Below the pieces are notes generated by a model. That model had not been told where the DNA came from, did not search any database, and worked only from the letters and a program-made list of their open reading frames with translations. A DNA stretch of 64,000 nucleotides from Haliotis rufescens (lineage: Eukaryota): the NCBI RefSeq assembly GCF_023055435.1, contig NW_025964334.1, positions 61,194,001-61,258,000 of the forward strand, written 5' to 3'. A program made the position numbers and the translations under genes. Below are positions 35,616 through 47,577 of this stretch, piece after piece. Numbering within the stretch: the stretch's first letter is position 1; every line of letters begins with the position of its first letter.

Positions 35616-37207
35616 CTACAAAAGGTTATGGCGACCCATAAGGGACATGGAGTCTGTTTTTTAATATTTTGATATTTCACTTACTTTTGCAAATTTACAA
35701 ATATGTGATAAATCGTGTATAAAAGAACAGTAGTATAGGACAGTGCTTTGGTTCTCTCCCCCTACTGGAAGTGGCACCACATCCGGTTCCGGGATGCGTG
35801 CGCATGGCTCCAAGATGATGTCACGTCCGGTTCCGGGAGAGGGCGGGTTTGTCGCCTGCATCCAAGATGGCATCGGGAGGAGGGAGGAGGAGGTTGAGGG
35901 GAGCAGGAGCAGGAGCAGGTGGAGGGCAGGAGGAGGAGGAGGGAGGAGTGTTTTTTTTTTTTGTGTGTGTGTGTGTATGTGTGTGTGTGTGTGTGTTGTT
36001 GGTTGGCAAAGCAATGATGAAAGTGTTCTGTCGGGAGAGTGGGGTGGCCCTGAAAAGGGCCTTTGGCCAAAATCAACCAAAACTGGAACGGGAACAGGAA
36101 CTGCAATGGGAACGAAAACATCATTCTAGGAAGGCGGGAAAGCTTCCTTGTTCACGTTGCTCTGATACGCATTCTCGCACAAATAGTGCAAGAAAGTAGC
36201 TGCCACGTTCTTGTGTTTCACCTCACAAGCATTCATACAGCTCTTCGTCTCTGCCATTCTCGATGCGATGATATTTTTTTCACAAGTGGGTGGAAGGTTG
36301 AGGGGAGGAGGAGGAGCAGGTGGACGGCAGGAGGAAGAGCAGGAGGGAGGATTTTTTTTTTTTTGAGTGTGTGTATGTTGTTGGTTGGTAAAGCAATGAT
36401 GAAAGCGTTCTTTCGGGAGAGTGGGATGGCCCTGAAAAGGGCAGTTGGCCCAAAAACTGGAACGGGAACTGGAACGGGAACGAAAACTTCATTCTAGGAA
36501 GGCGGGAAAGCTTCCTCATTCACGTTGCTCTGATCCTCAGGTGGAAGGGAGGAGGAGGAGGTAGGAGTTTTTTTTGTGTATGTTGTTGGTTGGCAAAGCA
36601 ATGATGAAAGCGTTCTTTTCGGAGAGTGGGGTGATATTTTTTTCACAAGTGACACTGAACCCACTCGAGTGTTCACTCTCTTTTTATAGGAGAGGGACCG
36701 ATCGAACATCGCTGCATGCTGATTGGTCGAAAATGCAGCAGGCCAATTGGTCCGTTCCAGCGCCTGGACTGAGCCTGTTTTCCAAACTGGACCGACCCTT
36801 GTGTTTCTTTTCCATAGAAAGAGAAAGCAAAACCCGCGGTTCGACCAATCAGAGACCAACACAGGGCATGTGCGGACTCTGATTGGTCAAAAACCCAAGC
36901 TTCTGATTGGTCAGATTTTCATGCATTGGTTCATGTCGATCCACATCCTAAAGACAACGCAAGACCTATTTTTTCAACTATTTAATTCCCCCGCTCACAT
37001 GAACAAACCAACAAAACAAAAGCCACAGGATTAGGGGCGTCCCTGTGATTTTTGTGAACAGGAAAAACTTTTGCACTTAGGGTGAACATAGGTACACTCA
37101 TAAAACTCAGTGAACAGGAACTTTGTCACTAGGGTGAACGTATGTACACTCATAAAACAGGAACTTTGTCAGCAAGGTGATCGTAGGTTCAGTGAACAAG
37201 TATCAGG

Positions 37208-37575
37208 TCAATAAGGGCAGAAAGGTTGGTTCTTTTGATGTAGGGTATGCGTCTGGGCACTCAGTCGAAAGGCAGGCATCTCATCCACAGGAACAGAGGT
37301 AGACACGTTGGTACGAAACCATTCTAATACAGTGGCATCATTCTTGACGGTGTCATTCAAGTCCAACATATCTAACACTTGATTCAAGGGTCCACCCACC
37401 CACATGACAGGTCAGCATGTAGAGACAGTACACGCCACACAACGTGCTGTATCCATGTTGTAAGGGGTGTGTATTCCATCGTTGTTGAATCTGGCCCATG
37501 CAATTCAAAGTCTCAAAGGTAATGAATACAGACCATAGCTATCCATAGCAGTGGCATGACCATCCGTCTCCGCAG
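37208..37575 (-). pseudogene. Polinton adenain-like cysteine protease, C-terminal half
   Basis: AMDSYGL...WNTHPLQHGYSTLCGVYCLYML includes the DSxG motif, oxyanion Q and catalytic C. It is fused to the MCP end by a deletion. Confidence 0.8.
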
Positions 37576-38810
37576 ATGAGGGTGACTGGGGTCTCGAGAG
37601 CTTGTCCAAACTGGATTTCCAAACCCAACTTGCTGGTGTGTCGAGGATAGTTGATGCCTTCATCAGCGCCAACGTCTGGTGTGAGATCCACCACCCACAA
37701 GGTGTAACCTTGAGCAAAGGCCTTGGGAGTCACCCCACAGGTCTCAGGTCGCCACAGCTGTCCAGTGTTTTGGAACAGATTCATGTAGACTTCTTTCACA
37801 TGGGCGCTGTTGTTGCTGAAGTCACTTTTCATTTCCCTGCAATGGACTTCCTGGCCATTGAGTTTCAGCTTCATCACGGTGACATGGTTGTGTTTGAAGT
37901 TGTACGGATTCTTCTCTTTGCTTCCTACATAGGCATTATTGTCCACCAGTCCCAGGACCTCGCCTTTTGGTAATTGGCCACCGATGAGCTGATCCCTGTG
38001 AAAGTCTCTACCGCCGCTCGGGATGTCATGGGCTGTCACTTGCACATGGAAAAGGGGATACTTGGCAGTCACCCCTGCGTTCAGACTGGACACATGTGTT
38101 TCTCGGACAGCAGGATCGATGTTGAGTTGATAAACATAAAATTTGGCTTTGGTCAGGGCTATTTTGTAGACACCATCAGCAGCACACGTGAATTCATCAG
38201 GACTTTGTGGAAATTCCACTTTCATCCAGCAGATAACGGTCTTGAAGAAACAGGTCACAGTGTAGACGTCCTGTCAGTTCCACTTCTGTGGTGGGCACGA
38301 TAAGATCACGTCGCGTTCTGACGCCCTCGTTTCTTACATCAGCAGTTGCATCAGGATTGAAGGCGTCCATTTTACCAGCATCATTGGCATACCATCCAGG
38401 ACATCGAAGGTGAGATGTTTTGGCTCCTGCACCATAGCTCAGAAGGGTTTCCAACTAGGGTCTGTAATGTGTGATCTCCAACTGATTGTGTCCCACTTGC
38501 AGACGCACTTGGCGAAACAGGGAGTGCATCAAGATGATGACTGTCGGTATTGGGTGATCCGCTAGAATGGTATCTGTCCCATCTTCTTGAGTCACTCGAA
38601 GACACTCTCTCAGGTAACACTGGCTTAAATCAATGTAAGCGTTCACAGTATTGGACTTGTTAAACTGGATTGGTCGTGCAACAGAGGGTGGCGCCAAGGG
38701 ACTGTAGCGAATCCACTGACCCTCCTGCACAGTGGTGGACACAGGAGGTACAGTAAAGAGATCCAACTGGGCCTTTGAACATTCGCAAGCATCTAGCCGC
38801 ATCATGATGA
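37576..38810 (-). pseudogene. Polinton major capsid protein (PY/hexon), copy B, near full length with frameshifts
   Basis: CECSKAQLDLFTVPP, HSLFRQV, ETLLSYGAGAKTSHL, GRLHCDLFLQDRYLL, GQLPK, NPYNFKH, DLTPD. Confidence 0.93.
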
Positions 38811-38951
38811 TGGATGTTCCTCCCTTTCTCTGCCTTGATGGACGTCTGGTCAGGTTGAAAGTCTGATGAGGACTGACCTTTAAACCATTTTTCTTTTCCA
38901 TTTACGCTGTTTCTGATGGGTGGTGGTGGTGGTTGGGATGACTTTACGTCT

Positions 38952-39233
38952 TTAAGGCTCCTCACTTTCCTCCAAGGCATCCATCAGGGCACCTGTTCCA
39001 CGTTGTTTATGACTCTCTGACCATTTGCATTTGCCTGCAACCACATCACTCACCAACCCAAGTAGGATCTTTTTACCCATCTTGAGCACCGATGTTCCAG
39101 CAGATTTAAGGAAAGGCAACGCCATCTTCAAGATACCGCCGAGACAACTGCTATGTTGAAGATACCATCCTTTGTATACTTTGATGCAACTCCCATGCTG
39201 GCCGAACTGTCCTTGATAAAACTTGTCTGCCAA
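38952..39233 (-). pseudogene. Polinton amphipathic pVI/cupiennin-like protein upstream of MCP
   Basis: FYQGQFG...LGGILKMALPFLKSAG...LGLVSDVVAGK matches the pattern and position of this Polinton ORF; deleted from copy A. Confidence 0.65.
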
Positions 39234-39239
39234 CGGCGT

Positions 39240-40150
39240 CTAAAGTGACTTTCCCCATTTGAAATGGCACTGGGCGCCCAGTATTGTCCTTGATATAGAG
39301 TTTAATACCGTAAAAGGAGCCATGACGCAGTCCAAGGTAGCGAACGTGCTGAGGGCTTTTAATCACCACACTGTCTTGCATCATCTTCTTTGACACAGGC
39401 GCGTGTATCAGAAATGGGGCCATTGTATTGCCCACAATTTGATTAGCTTCTGTATCACCTGTGATTTCTACATAGCCAACTGCCATGGGAGTAGCCCCAA
39501 CTTGTCACTGGGCCAATGCACTCAAGGGAACAGCAGTCTCTGTGTAGGTTTTATAGTCATCCTCAGCAAGGAGTTTTAGTTGAACAAATCCGAGCATTCT
39601 CGAGAGTGGCATAGAGTGATCCTCTCATATGGAGTTCTACTTCTTCAGGGACTTGGAATCGCACTTTTCCATCTCTAAGCATCTCAAATCGAAGACTATC
39701 TTGAGGATACCTGGCAGCAATGACAAATCGTCTGCCATCACTTTGAATGCTGTCTGAGGACTGTTCTTTCAAGACACCCGTAAAATGCTCCTGAATCAAA
39801 CGGTTGAGGGTTTTCACCAAATCTGCAGATGAATAGACTCCTTTCTCGATAGAAATCTTCTTGCTTTCATAATGGATGGCACCATACTGTGTCTGTGGTA
39901 TAGTGCTCGCCATGCTTTCATACACAAGGGATTTCTTTTTCAGTGTGAGGTTCAGAGCAAACCAGTCAAAGGGCGGAGTGACGTTGTACCATGTCATAAG
40001 AAAGTGAATTTCGCTGACTCCCACCTCCCACTGTTGGCGGTCCAGATGCAGAGGATAAGGCAACTTGATTTCATACGCATTGACTGTGTCGTTTGGATAG
40101 ATATCCATGGAGGCATCACGGGGTAGGGTCATGTAAAAGTCTTGTTTCGA
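39240..40150 (-). pseudogene. Polinton minor capsid (penton/PX), copy B
   Basis: FYMTLPRDASMDIYPNDT, WEVGVSEIHF, QIVGNTMAP, IKDNTGRPVPFQMGKV. Confidence 0.9.
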
Positions 40151-40608
40151 AAAAAGGGGGAGACGGCAGCCATGACAACGTGAGCTAGGGTAGAAAACTC
40201 TGGATGGATGAGGTATCAAGTTAAAGTCTTCTGGCGGGCATCGTGGGGATGTCTCGTGAGGCGGCAAAGGTGTGTGGTGGAAGTATGTATCCAAAACAAC
40301 TGGCGAGCAGGGCTCTCCACAACTCTTTCTCTCTGCGATACGAGGACAACTGAACCATGCTCATGATGATCATGCCATGTCACCAAGATCTGTGCAGAAA
40401 ACATGACTTCACTGTGGGGTAACATCATGCCAAAACAACACCAAGGTGAGTGTCGACGCTGGGGATTGTGTGGTGCAGCAGCAAGGGGAGGTTCATCGGT
40501 ACCCATGGATGCAGAGAGGCTTCTCTGCAGTGGTGGAGGTAGTGGTGGTGGTTGATCTGTCATCGCCTGTGTCAACCCTCTGAATGAGCCAGAGTGACAG
40601 AATGCACC

Positions 40609-41672
40609 TTATTTTATCTGTAAATGATCTGCAGGGATCCACGAATTCAAACTAGCAGGGTAGCCAGTCCATTTCATCAAGACCTCTTCTTGACCCTGTT
40701 GTTTCCCTGGACATCTTTTCAGCATGTGATCCACGGCAAACACAGCATCTGTTTTCAAGATGGGCTGTATTTCTTCAGGGTAAAAGGTTCCTTTGAGGAC
40801 TTCACCATGATCATCTTTGATCCGATTCACTGGAGGTGTTATCCCTGTGACCAGACGGTCCACCGTAAACAGATCCATGGTCCAGTTGGGGAGACGAGTG
40901 GGGTCTTGTCTTGGGGTACGACAGTCTCTGTGTTGTTAGTTTCTGGGAGGACATCCTCAGGACGCTGACCAATGGACCTATGCACACTTATTTTTCAGAG
41001 TCCTTTGAAACTGTTCCACCACGGCTGCTTTAGTTTCTGGATTTTGACTGGTGTAGAAATGAATGCCGTGCTTTGTCATGAGAGCCTCGAAAGGGCGGTT
41101 GACAGATTCTCTGCCTTTGTTTGCAATTGAGCAGGTAGTCGACCTTTGGCTTGTTGCATCAACAAGGTTTGAAAACCTTCCATCAAAGCAGAACTGCTCT
41201 TGGCCTTCAGGGGTTGCACCCATGCCATCTTTGAAAACACATCGATCACACACAGCAGATATTTGAATCCTTTGTTGTCGTCTTGAAAGGCAATCATGTC
41301 ACTCAAGTCTGCTTGACACAATTCATCGACGCCTCCCACATGGTAATGGTCTCTTTGAAAGAAGCGTCTGTGGAAGGTACTTTGGGTTTGCAAACAACGC
41401 TTGATTTGACTTTGTGATGGCATGATTTTCTTCTTGCTTTTACTGGTTCTTGCATCTTGAGCTTGGATGCGTGCTGCTTTCTACAAAGGTCGCCAGCCGT
41501 CAAAACTTGCAGGATGTTCAGGATGAAAGTAAGTTTTTTCCAACCAGGCCGTCCACAGGGAAGTAGGAAGTCCTTTATTGTGGTGTTGTTTCTTCCCTGC
41601 AGCAGCAGCAGAAGCAGCAGAAGCAGCAGAAGAGGGAAGAATGCGCCATCGAGTCTTGGCCTGTCGCGTCAT
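40609..41672 (-). pseudogene. Polinton integrase with chromodomain, copy B
   Basis: QADLSDM, KYLLCVIDVFSKMAW, KAAVVEQFQRTLK, KWTGYPASLNSW; frameshifted. Confidence 0.92.
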
Positions 41673-41681
41673 TTTCTCTCA

Positions 41682-42611
41682 TCAGTCTGATGCCACTTGA
41701 TACATGGATGGTCTTTTTATAGAGAGGGAGAGATGTTTTCTTATGTGGTGCTTAAAGGGAATCCATGGACCTCGCCTGTTGATGAATCTGTCCTGTTTGG
41801 TATCAGAGGGAGGTGAGGTCATCAACCATGGGGTTGGCATCTTCTCTTCTTCCGCTTGTGGATCCATCTGCTGCCACTGCCTTGTTCTCTTTTTGTGACT
41901 TTGCGGGAGGAGCTTTGGGAGGGGGAATTGGGTGTTGGGTGTCCTTGGTGTTAAGTGAGGGTGTTTTTGTTGCTGCTTTTGCATCCATTGCCATCGTTGA
42001 GGATTTCCAATCATTTCATGGGGAACATGACTGTTGGCCAAATGGTGACTCAACATGGTCCAACCTGCCGGCCCCTCTTTGGTTATTTGGTGACGCACTA
42101 AATCGTTGATCAAGTCCATCATGTGTGTGCCAGGGACGGGTTTCCCTTCCACAGTCAGTGTTCCCTCTGGAGTCCAACTCAAGTCAGGATTGTTTGGAAT
42201 CCTTGTCATCAAATTCATGGCTTTATTGGTCATGGCTTTAGGAACACTCATGACCACTTCATCTATCACTTGTTGAGGAGGGGCAGGTCTACATGTGGTG
42301 TCCATCGTTGATGGTGATGGTGGTGTCACTTTGGGCTGTAGTGGTTTGGTGGTGGCGGTGATGTGGTGCTGTTGACGCTGCAACTCTGGCATGTGTTGCA
42401 ACAGTTGGTTGTATTCTTGTTCCCGCATGTGAAAAGGATGATGTGACATCTGCTCAACGTGTCCATCTCTTCCAAATTTTGGAGACGTTTCTTTTCCAAG
42501 AGAGGGGTTTGAAGTGCCTGACGATGACGTTGTTTGGTGGCTTTCTTTTGGTGCGCATTTGCACCATCCGCATGTGTGCATCAGCTTTATAAGCTTTCGT
42601 GAGATTTTCAT
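41682..42611 (-). pseudogene. PZ-like Polinton protein, copy B (fusion ORF created by a ~545 bp deletion)
   Basis: Homologous to 3273-4130; the junction joins left-arm positions 2727 and 3273. Confidence 0.7.
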
Positions 42612-42708
42612 GAGCCTTTACTTTTGGCTTACTCGTCGTCGTTATGGTAGGTCAATGGCGCCTGGTGTTACCCTGTTTGAGGAGTGGTGCTTGAAGATAA
42701 TGTTGCCA

Positions 42709-43052
42709 TTACAACACAATGCATGTCAAGACCCCTGCAAGTGTTCCACAACTACTGCGCTGCATCAGGTAGCCAAGACGTTGATCCATAGGCAAACGTG
42801 GATTGACAATTTTAGTCAGGGTATCTTTATGTTTCTGCAACCACGTCTTTAATGAGCTTTCAAATGCACTCGTCCTGCTCTTAGGTTCCGCATGACAATC
42901 GCAAACCACTGCAAAAGCCGATTTCTTCCTTTGACGGCAAGGGTATCATGATCATTTCTTGGTCTTTCTTCTTTCCCTTCGTAGGATGAGCCTGTTTCCG
43001 TCTTTGCCCCTTGATGATTGTTGCTCAACTGAAGGAAGGTCAGCGGGTTCAC
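42709..43052 (-). pseudogene. Second small basic Polinton protein (paralog of 2836-3165), frameshifted
   Basis: NLRAGRVHL/LQKHKDTLTKIVNPRLPMDQRLGYLMQRSSCGTLAGVL aligns by eye to NLYAGNIPM..LQRHGKVFNTLMKKQIPLSKKRMILQHGGGLLGGLI. Confidence 0.55.
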
Positions 43053-43225
43053 ATACTTTTATGAAGTCTCCACATCTCGTAGGCTTGGTACATACATGAT
43101 GGGTACCTCGGATCTCGAAAACAGATGGGCACGTACTCGATGGTCTTGCAACGTGGTGGGTATCAAGTCCAAGAACAGTTAAGTGGACGCCTCTTTGGTG
43201 GTGTCTTCATAGGCTTCACGCAGAT
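43050..43225 (-). pseudogene. C-terminal fragment of Polinton packaging (FtsK/A32-like) ATPase
   Basis: LREAYEDTTKEAST*LFLDLIPTTLQDHRVRAHLF resembles the Polinton ATPase C-terminus (AYEDAT...YLxxDL...RxRTNIF). Confidence 0.7.
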
Positions 43226-44795
43226 CAGACAGTGGGGTACAAGCCATAGCAGGCAGTGTCAGACAGAGGTGTACAAGCGATAGTAGGTAGTGTCAGACAG
43301 TGGGGTAAAAGCCATAACAGGCAGTGTCAGAAAGAGGTGTACAAGCCATAGCGAACAGTGTCACACAGAGGTGTACAAGACATAGCAGACAGTGTCAGAC
43401 AGAGGGGTACAAGCCATCGCAGGCAGTGTCAGACAGAGGGGTACGAGCCATAACAGGCAGTGTCAGACAGTAGGGTACAAGCCATACCAGGCAGTGTCAG
43501 ACTGGGGGGTACAAGCCATAACAGGCAGTGTCAGACAGAGGTGTACAAGCCATCGCAGGCAGTGACTGACAGTGGGGCACAAGCCATAGCGGGCAGTGTC
43601 AGACAGGTGTACAATACATAACAGGCAGCGTCAGACAGTTGGGTACAAGCCATAGCGAACAGTGTCAGACAGAGGTGTACAAGCCATAACAGACAGTGTC
43701 AGACAGAGGGGTACAAACCATAGCAGGCAGTGTCAGACAGAGGTGTACAACACATAGCAGGCAGTGTCAGACAGAGGGGTACAATCCATCGCAGGCAGTG
43801 TCAGACCAAGAAGTACAAGACATAACAGACAGTGTCAGACAGTTGGATACACGGCATAACAGGCAGTGTCAGACAGTGGGGTACAAGTCATAACAGACAG
43901 TGTCAGACAGAGGGGTACAAACCATCGCCGGCAGTGTCAGGCAGAGGGGTACAAGCCATAACAGACAGTGTCAGACAGAGGGGTACAAACCATAGCAGGC
44001 AGTGTCAGACAGAGGTGTACAACACATAGCAGGCAGTGTTAGACAGAGGGGTACAAGAAATAGCAGACAGTGTCAGACAGAGGAGTACATGTCATTGCAG
44101 GCAGTGTCAGACAGAGTGGTACAAGCAATAACAGACAGTGTCAGACAGAGGGGTACAAACCATAGCAGGCAGTGTCAGACAGAGGTGTACAACACATAGC
44201 AGGCAGTGTTAGACAGAGGGGTACAAGTCATAGCAGGCAGTGTCAGACAGAGCTGTACAAGCCATACTAGGCAGTGACTAACAGTGGGGTACAAGCCATA
44301 GCAGGCAGTGACTGACAGTGGGGCACAAGCCATAGCGAACAGTGTCAGACAGAGGTGTACACGACATAGCAGGCAGTGTCAGGCAGAGGGGTATAACCCA
44401 TAACAGACAGTGTCAGACAGTGGAGTACAAGACATAACAGGCAGTGTCAGACAGTGGGGCACAAGCCATAACATACAGTGTCAGACAGAGGGGTACAATC
44501 CATCGCAGGCAGTGTCAGACCAAGAAGTACAAGCCATCGCAGACAGTGTCAGACAGAGGGGTACAAGCCATAGCAGGCAGTGTTAGACAGAGGGGTACAA
44601 GACATAGGAGACAGTGTCAGACAGAGGGGTACAAGCCATCGCAGGCTGTGTCAGACAGAGGGGTGCAAACCATAACAGACAGTGTCAGACAGAGGGGTAC
44701 AAGCCATACCAGGCAGTGTCAGAAAGAGGGGTACAAGCCATAGCGAACAGTGTCACACAGAGGTGTACAAGACATAGCAGGCAGTGTCAGACAGT
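43226..44795. repeat. 34-bp tandem satellite (~46 units)
   Basis: Unit CAGTGTCAGACAGAGGGGTACAAGCCATAGCAGG. Confidence 0.95.
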
Positions 44796-44829
44796 GTTAC
44801 CAAACTGTAAACACAGTTTATACCCGCAC

Positions 44830-46350
44830 ATTGTTACCTAGGACAGCCTCTACCAGCACGCTGTAACCTAGTCGCGTCTATATCAGCACACTGTAACCTA
44901 GTCCTATCTCTACCACAAAACTGTAACCTAGTCCCGTCCCTACTAACATACTGTAACCTAGCCCCGCCTCTATCAACATACTGTAACCTAGTCCCGTCTC
45001 TACCAACATACTGTAACCTAGTCCCGTCTCTATCAACATACTGTAACCTTGCCCCGCCTCTATCAACATACTGTAACCTAGTCCCGTCTCTACCAACATA
45101 CTGTAACCTAGTCCCGTCTCTACTAACATAATGTAACCTAGCCCCGTCTCTATCAACATACTGTAACCTAGCCCCGCCTCTATCAACATACTGTAACCTA
45201 GTTCCGTCTCTTTCAACATACTGTAACCTAGCCCCGCCTCTATCAACATACTGTAACCTAGTCCCGTCTCTACCAACATACTGTAACCTAGTCCCATCTC
45301 TACCAACATACTGTTACCTAGCCCCGCCTCTATCAACATACTGTAAGCTTGTTCCGTCTCTTTCAACATACTGTAACCTAGCCCCGTCTCTATCAACATA
45401 CTGTAACCTAGCCCCGCCTCTATCAACATACTGTAACCTAGTTCCGTCTCTTTCAACATACTGTAACCTAGCCCCGCCTCTATCAACATACTGTAACCTA
45501 GTCCCGTCTCTATCAACATACTGTAACCTAGTTCCGTCTCTTTCAACATACTGTAACCTAGCCCCGCCTCTATCAACATACTGTAACCTAGTCCCGTCTC
45601 TACCAACATACTGTAACCTAGTCCCATCTCTACCAACATACTGTTACCTAGCCCCGCCTCTATCAACATACTGTAAGCTTGTTCCGTCTCTTTCAACATA
45701 CTGTAACCTAGTCCCGTCTCTACCAACATACTGTAACCTAGCCCCGCCTCTATCAACATACTGTAACCTAGTCCCGTCTCTACCAACATACTGTAACCTA
45801 GTCCCATCTCTACCAACATACTGTTACCTAGCCCCGCCTCTATCAACATACTGTAAGCTTGTTCCGTCTCTTTCAACATACTGTAACCTAGTCCCGTCTC
45901 TACCAACATACTGTAACCTAGCCCCGCCTCTATCAACATACTGTAACCTAGTCCCGTCTCTACCAACATACTGTAACCTAGTCCCGTCTCTACCAACATA
46001 CTGTAACCTAGTCCCGTCTCTATCAACATACTGTAACCTAGTCCCGTCTCTACCAACATATTGTAACCTAGCCCCGCCTCTATCAACATACTGTAACCTA
46101 GTTCCGTCTCTTTCAACATACTGTAACCTAGTCCCGTCTCTACCAACATACTGTAACCTAACCCCGCCTCTATCAACATACTGTAACCTAGTCCCGTCTC
46201 TACCAACATACTGTAACCTAGCCCCGCCTCTATCAACATACTGTAACCTAGCCCCGCCTCTATCAACATACTGTAACCTAGTCCCGTCTCTACCCGCACA
46301 CTGTTACGTAGTCAACTCTCTATCAACACTCTGTAACGAAGTTCCGTTTC
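44830..46350. repeat. 30-bp tandem satellite (~50 units)
   Basis: Unit CTGTAACCTAGTCCCGTCTCTACCAACATA. Confidence 0.97.
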
Positions 46351-47247
46351 TACCACCAAACCACCAATCCGTAACATGGTCTTCAAATGATATAGTTGAA
46401 CCTAGAAAACAATATATTTTTGCAAAAGTAACAGTATTTTAAACAGTTTAGCTATTTGTTTCTCAACGAATGCTTTTTCCTTTTTCTATAAGTACAATAA
46501 CCATTGACGCGACGTTTAATCCCATTTCACCTCACCTTGTTTAAGTAAATTCTTAATAATTTAACTTCTATGATGCCAAATGGTATCATGACTCCAGCAA
46601 AATGGTAAAACAAAGTTACCAAATAATGGATAGGGTGGTCAAGGCGGGTGATCGGTTATCATAACACTAGATCGCCTCATCCAGACTCGATTATATTTCG
46701 GTCCTTCATCATGTAGTTGGAATATTGCTGATTTGGCGTTACAACAAACAACGCAAGCCCACGTAACAGACACACATACACACGAAAATAGTGATGAAAC
46801 TTATCTCAATGGATTGATGAAAATGAGTTGTGACACCAGGTGTTGCCACGCCCGTCATACGCATGCTTTTCATAAAAAAAGTAAGTGCCATGAAGAAGAT
46901 GTGAAAATCTAGTTCTTATCCGATTTATTAGATGGTCGGTATTAAAGAACCTACACATGTATGACCACTACACGATCATTTCTTATTTTGAAATGTAAAT
47001 GAGACCCACGACTTTCACGATAACATAAACTTTGTCCTTGTTTTAACCTTTGCTCATTAACCATGATCTTAACTTTTCAAAATTCATTTCCTAGCCCTGT
47101 ACTTTCCCTGACAGAGGGACTGGTTGTTTACATACATGTATCTTCGTTTCATGAGTTATGTTATGGAAATCTAGAAGTCCTCAGTAATTAGGCAGGATTT
47201 TTTGAATGTCATTACTAAGAGTAACATTTAGTACATATTGGTGACGT

Positions 47248-47577
47248 AGAGCGTCCGCCCGGAGAGCGGAAGGTCCGGGGTTCGATCCACGGCCGCGTCA
47301 TACCAAAAGACGTTTAAAGATGGTACTTGTTGTTACCCTGTCTGGTGCTCGGCATTAAGGGGCTAAAACAAGGACTGGTCGGCTCGGAGTCAGTACACTG
47401 TGTCTGAGTGGGGTATTCATGTTAAACTGCGGCATGGTATCTCAGTGGGCTAGCACTATACATCGGCATCGGTGCGGACTAGTTCAAACAGCCACACACA
47501 CACACGTGCATGCACATCGCTATATAAGTGCAATAATCTTGGACGCGACGTTAAACCCAATTTCACCTCACCTCACC
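47248..47577 (+). mobile_element. tRNA-derived SINE (further copies ~48095-48420, ~58795-58980)
   Basis: B-box-like GGTTCGATCC, (CACCT)n tail, 12-bp TSD TATTGGTGACGT. Confidence 0.9.

Larger units (their letters stand above)
27520..42655 (-). repeat. Right arm of large inverted segmental duplication (partner ~2605-18500)
   Basis: Reverse complement of the left arm with independent indels. Confidence 0.95.
35729..43225 (-). mobile_element. Degenerate Polinton/Maverick, copy B, truncated in the ATPase by a satellite
   Basis: Terminus AGTAGTATAGG at 35729 matches the typical Polinton 5'-AGTAGT end. Protease, MCP, pVI-like, mCP, integrase, PZ-like and ATPase relics all lie on the minus strand. 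Confidence 0.92.

Noticed and set aside
2605-42655. Arms as two alleles mis-assembled
   Set aside because: Disfavoured by ~7% divergence in the Polinton, many arm-specific indels and different tail exons on contiguous sequence. It is not fully excluded because of the N gap at 15778-15913.
35729-43225. Active or complete Polinton with protein-primed PolB
   Set aside because: No pPolB motifs or second TIR were found, and the core genes carry stops, frameshifts or deletions.
44878-46299. 473-aa ORF, and likewise the ORFs at 51849-52635 and 54771-57616
   Set aside because: These are translations of stop-free satellite units, open in several frames, with no splice or domain evidence.
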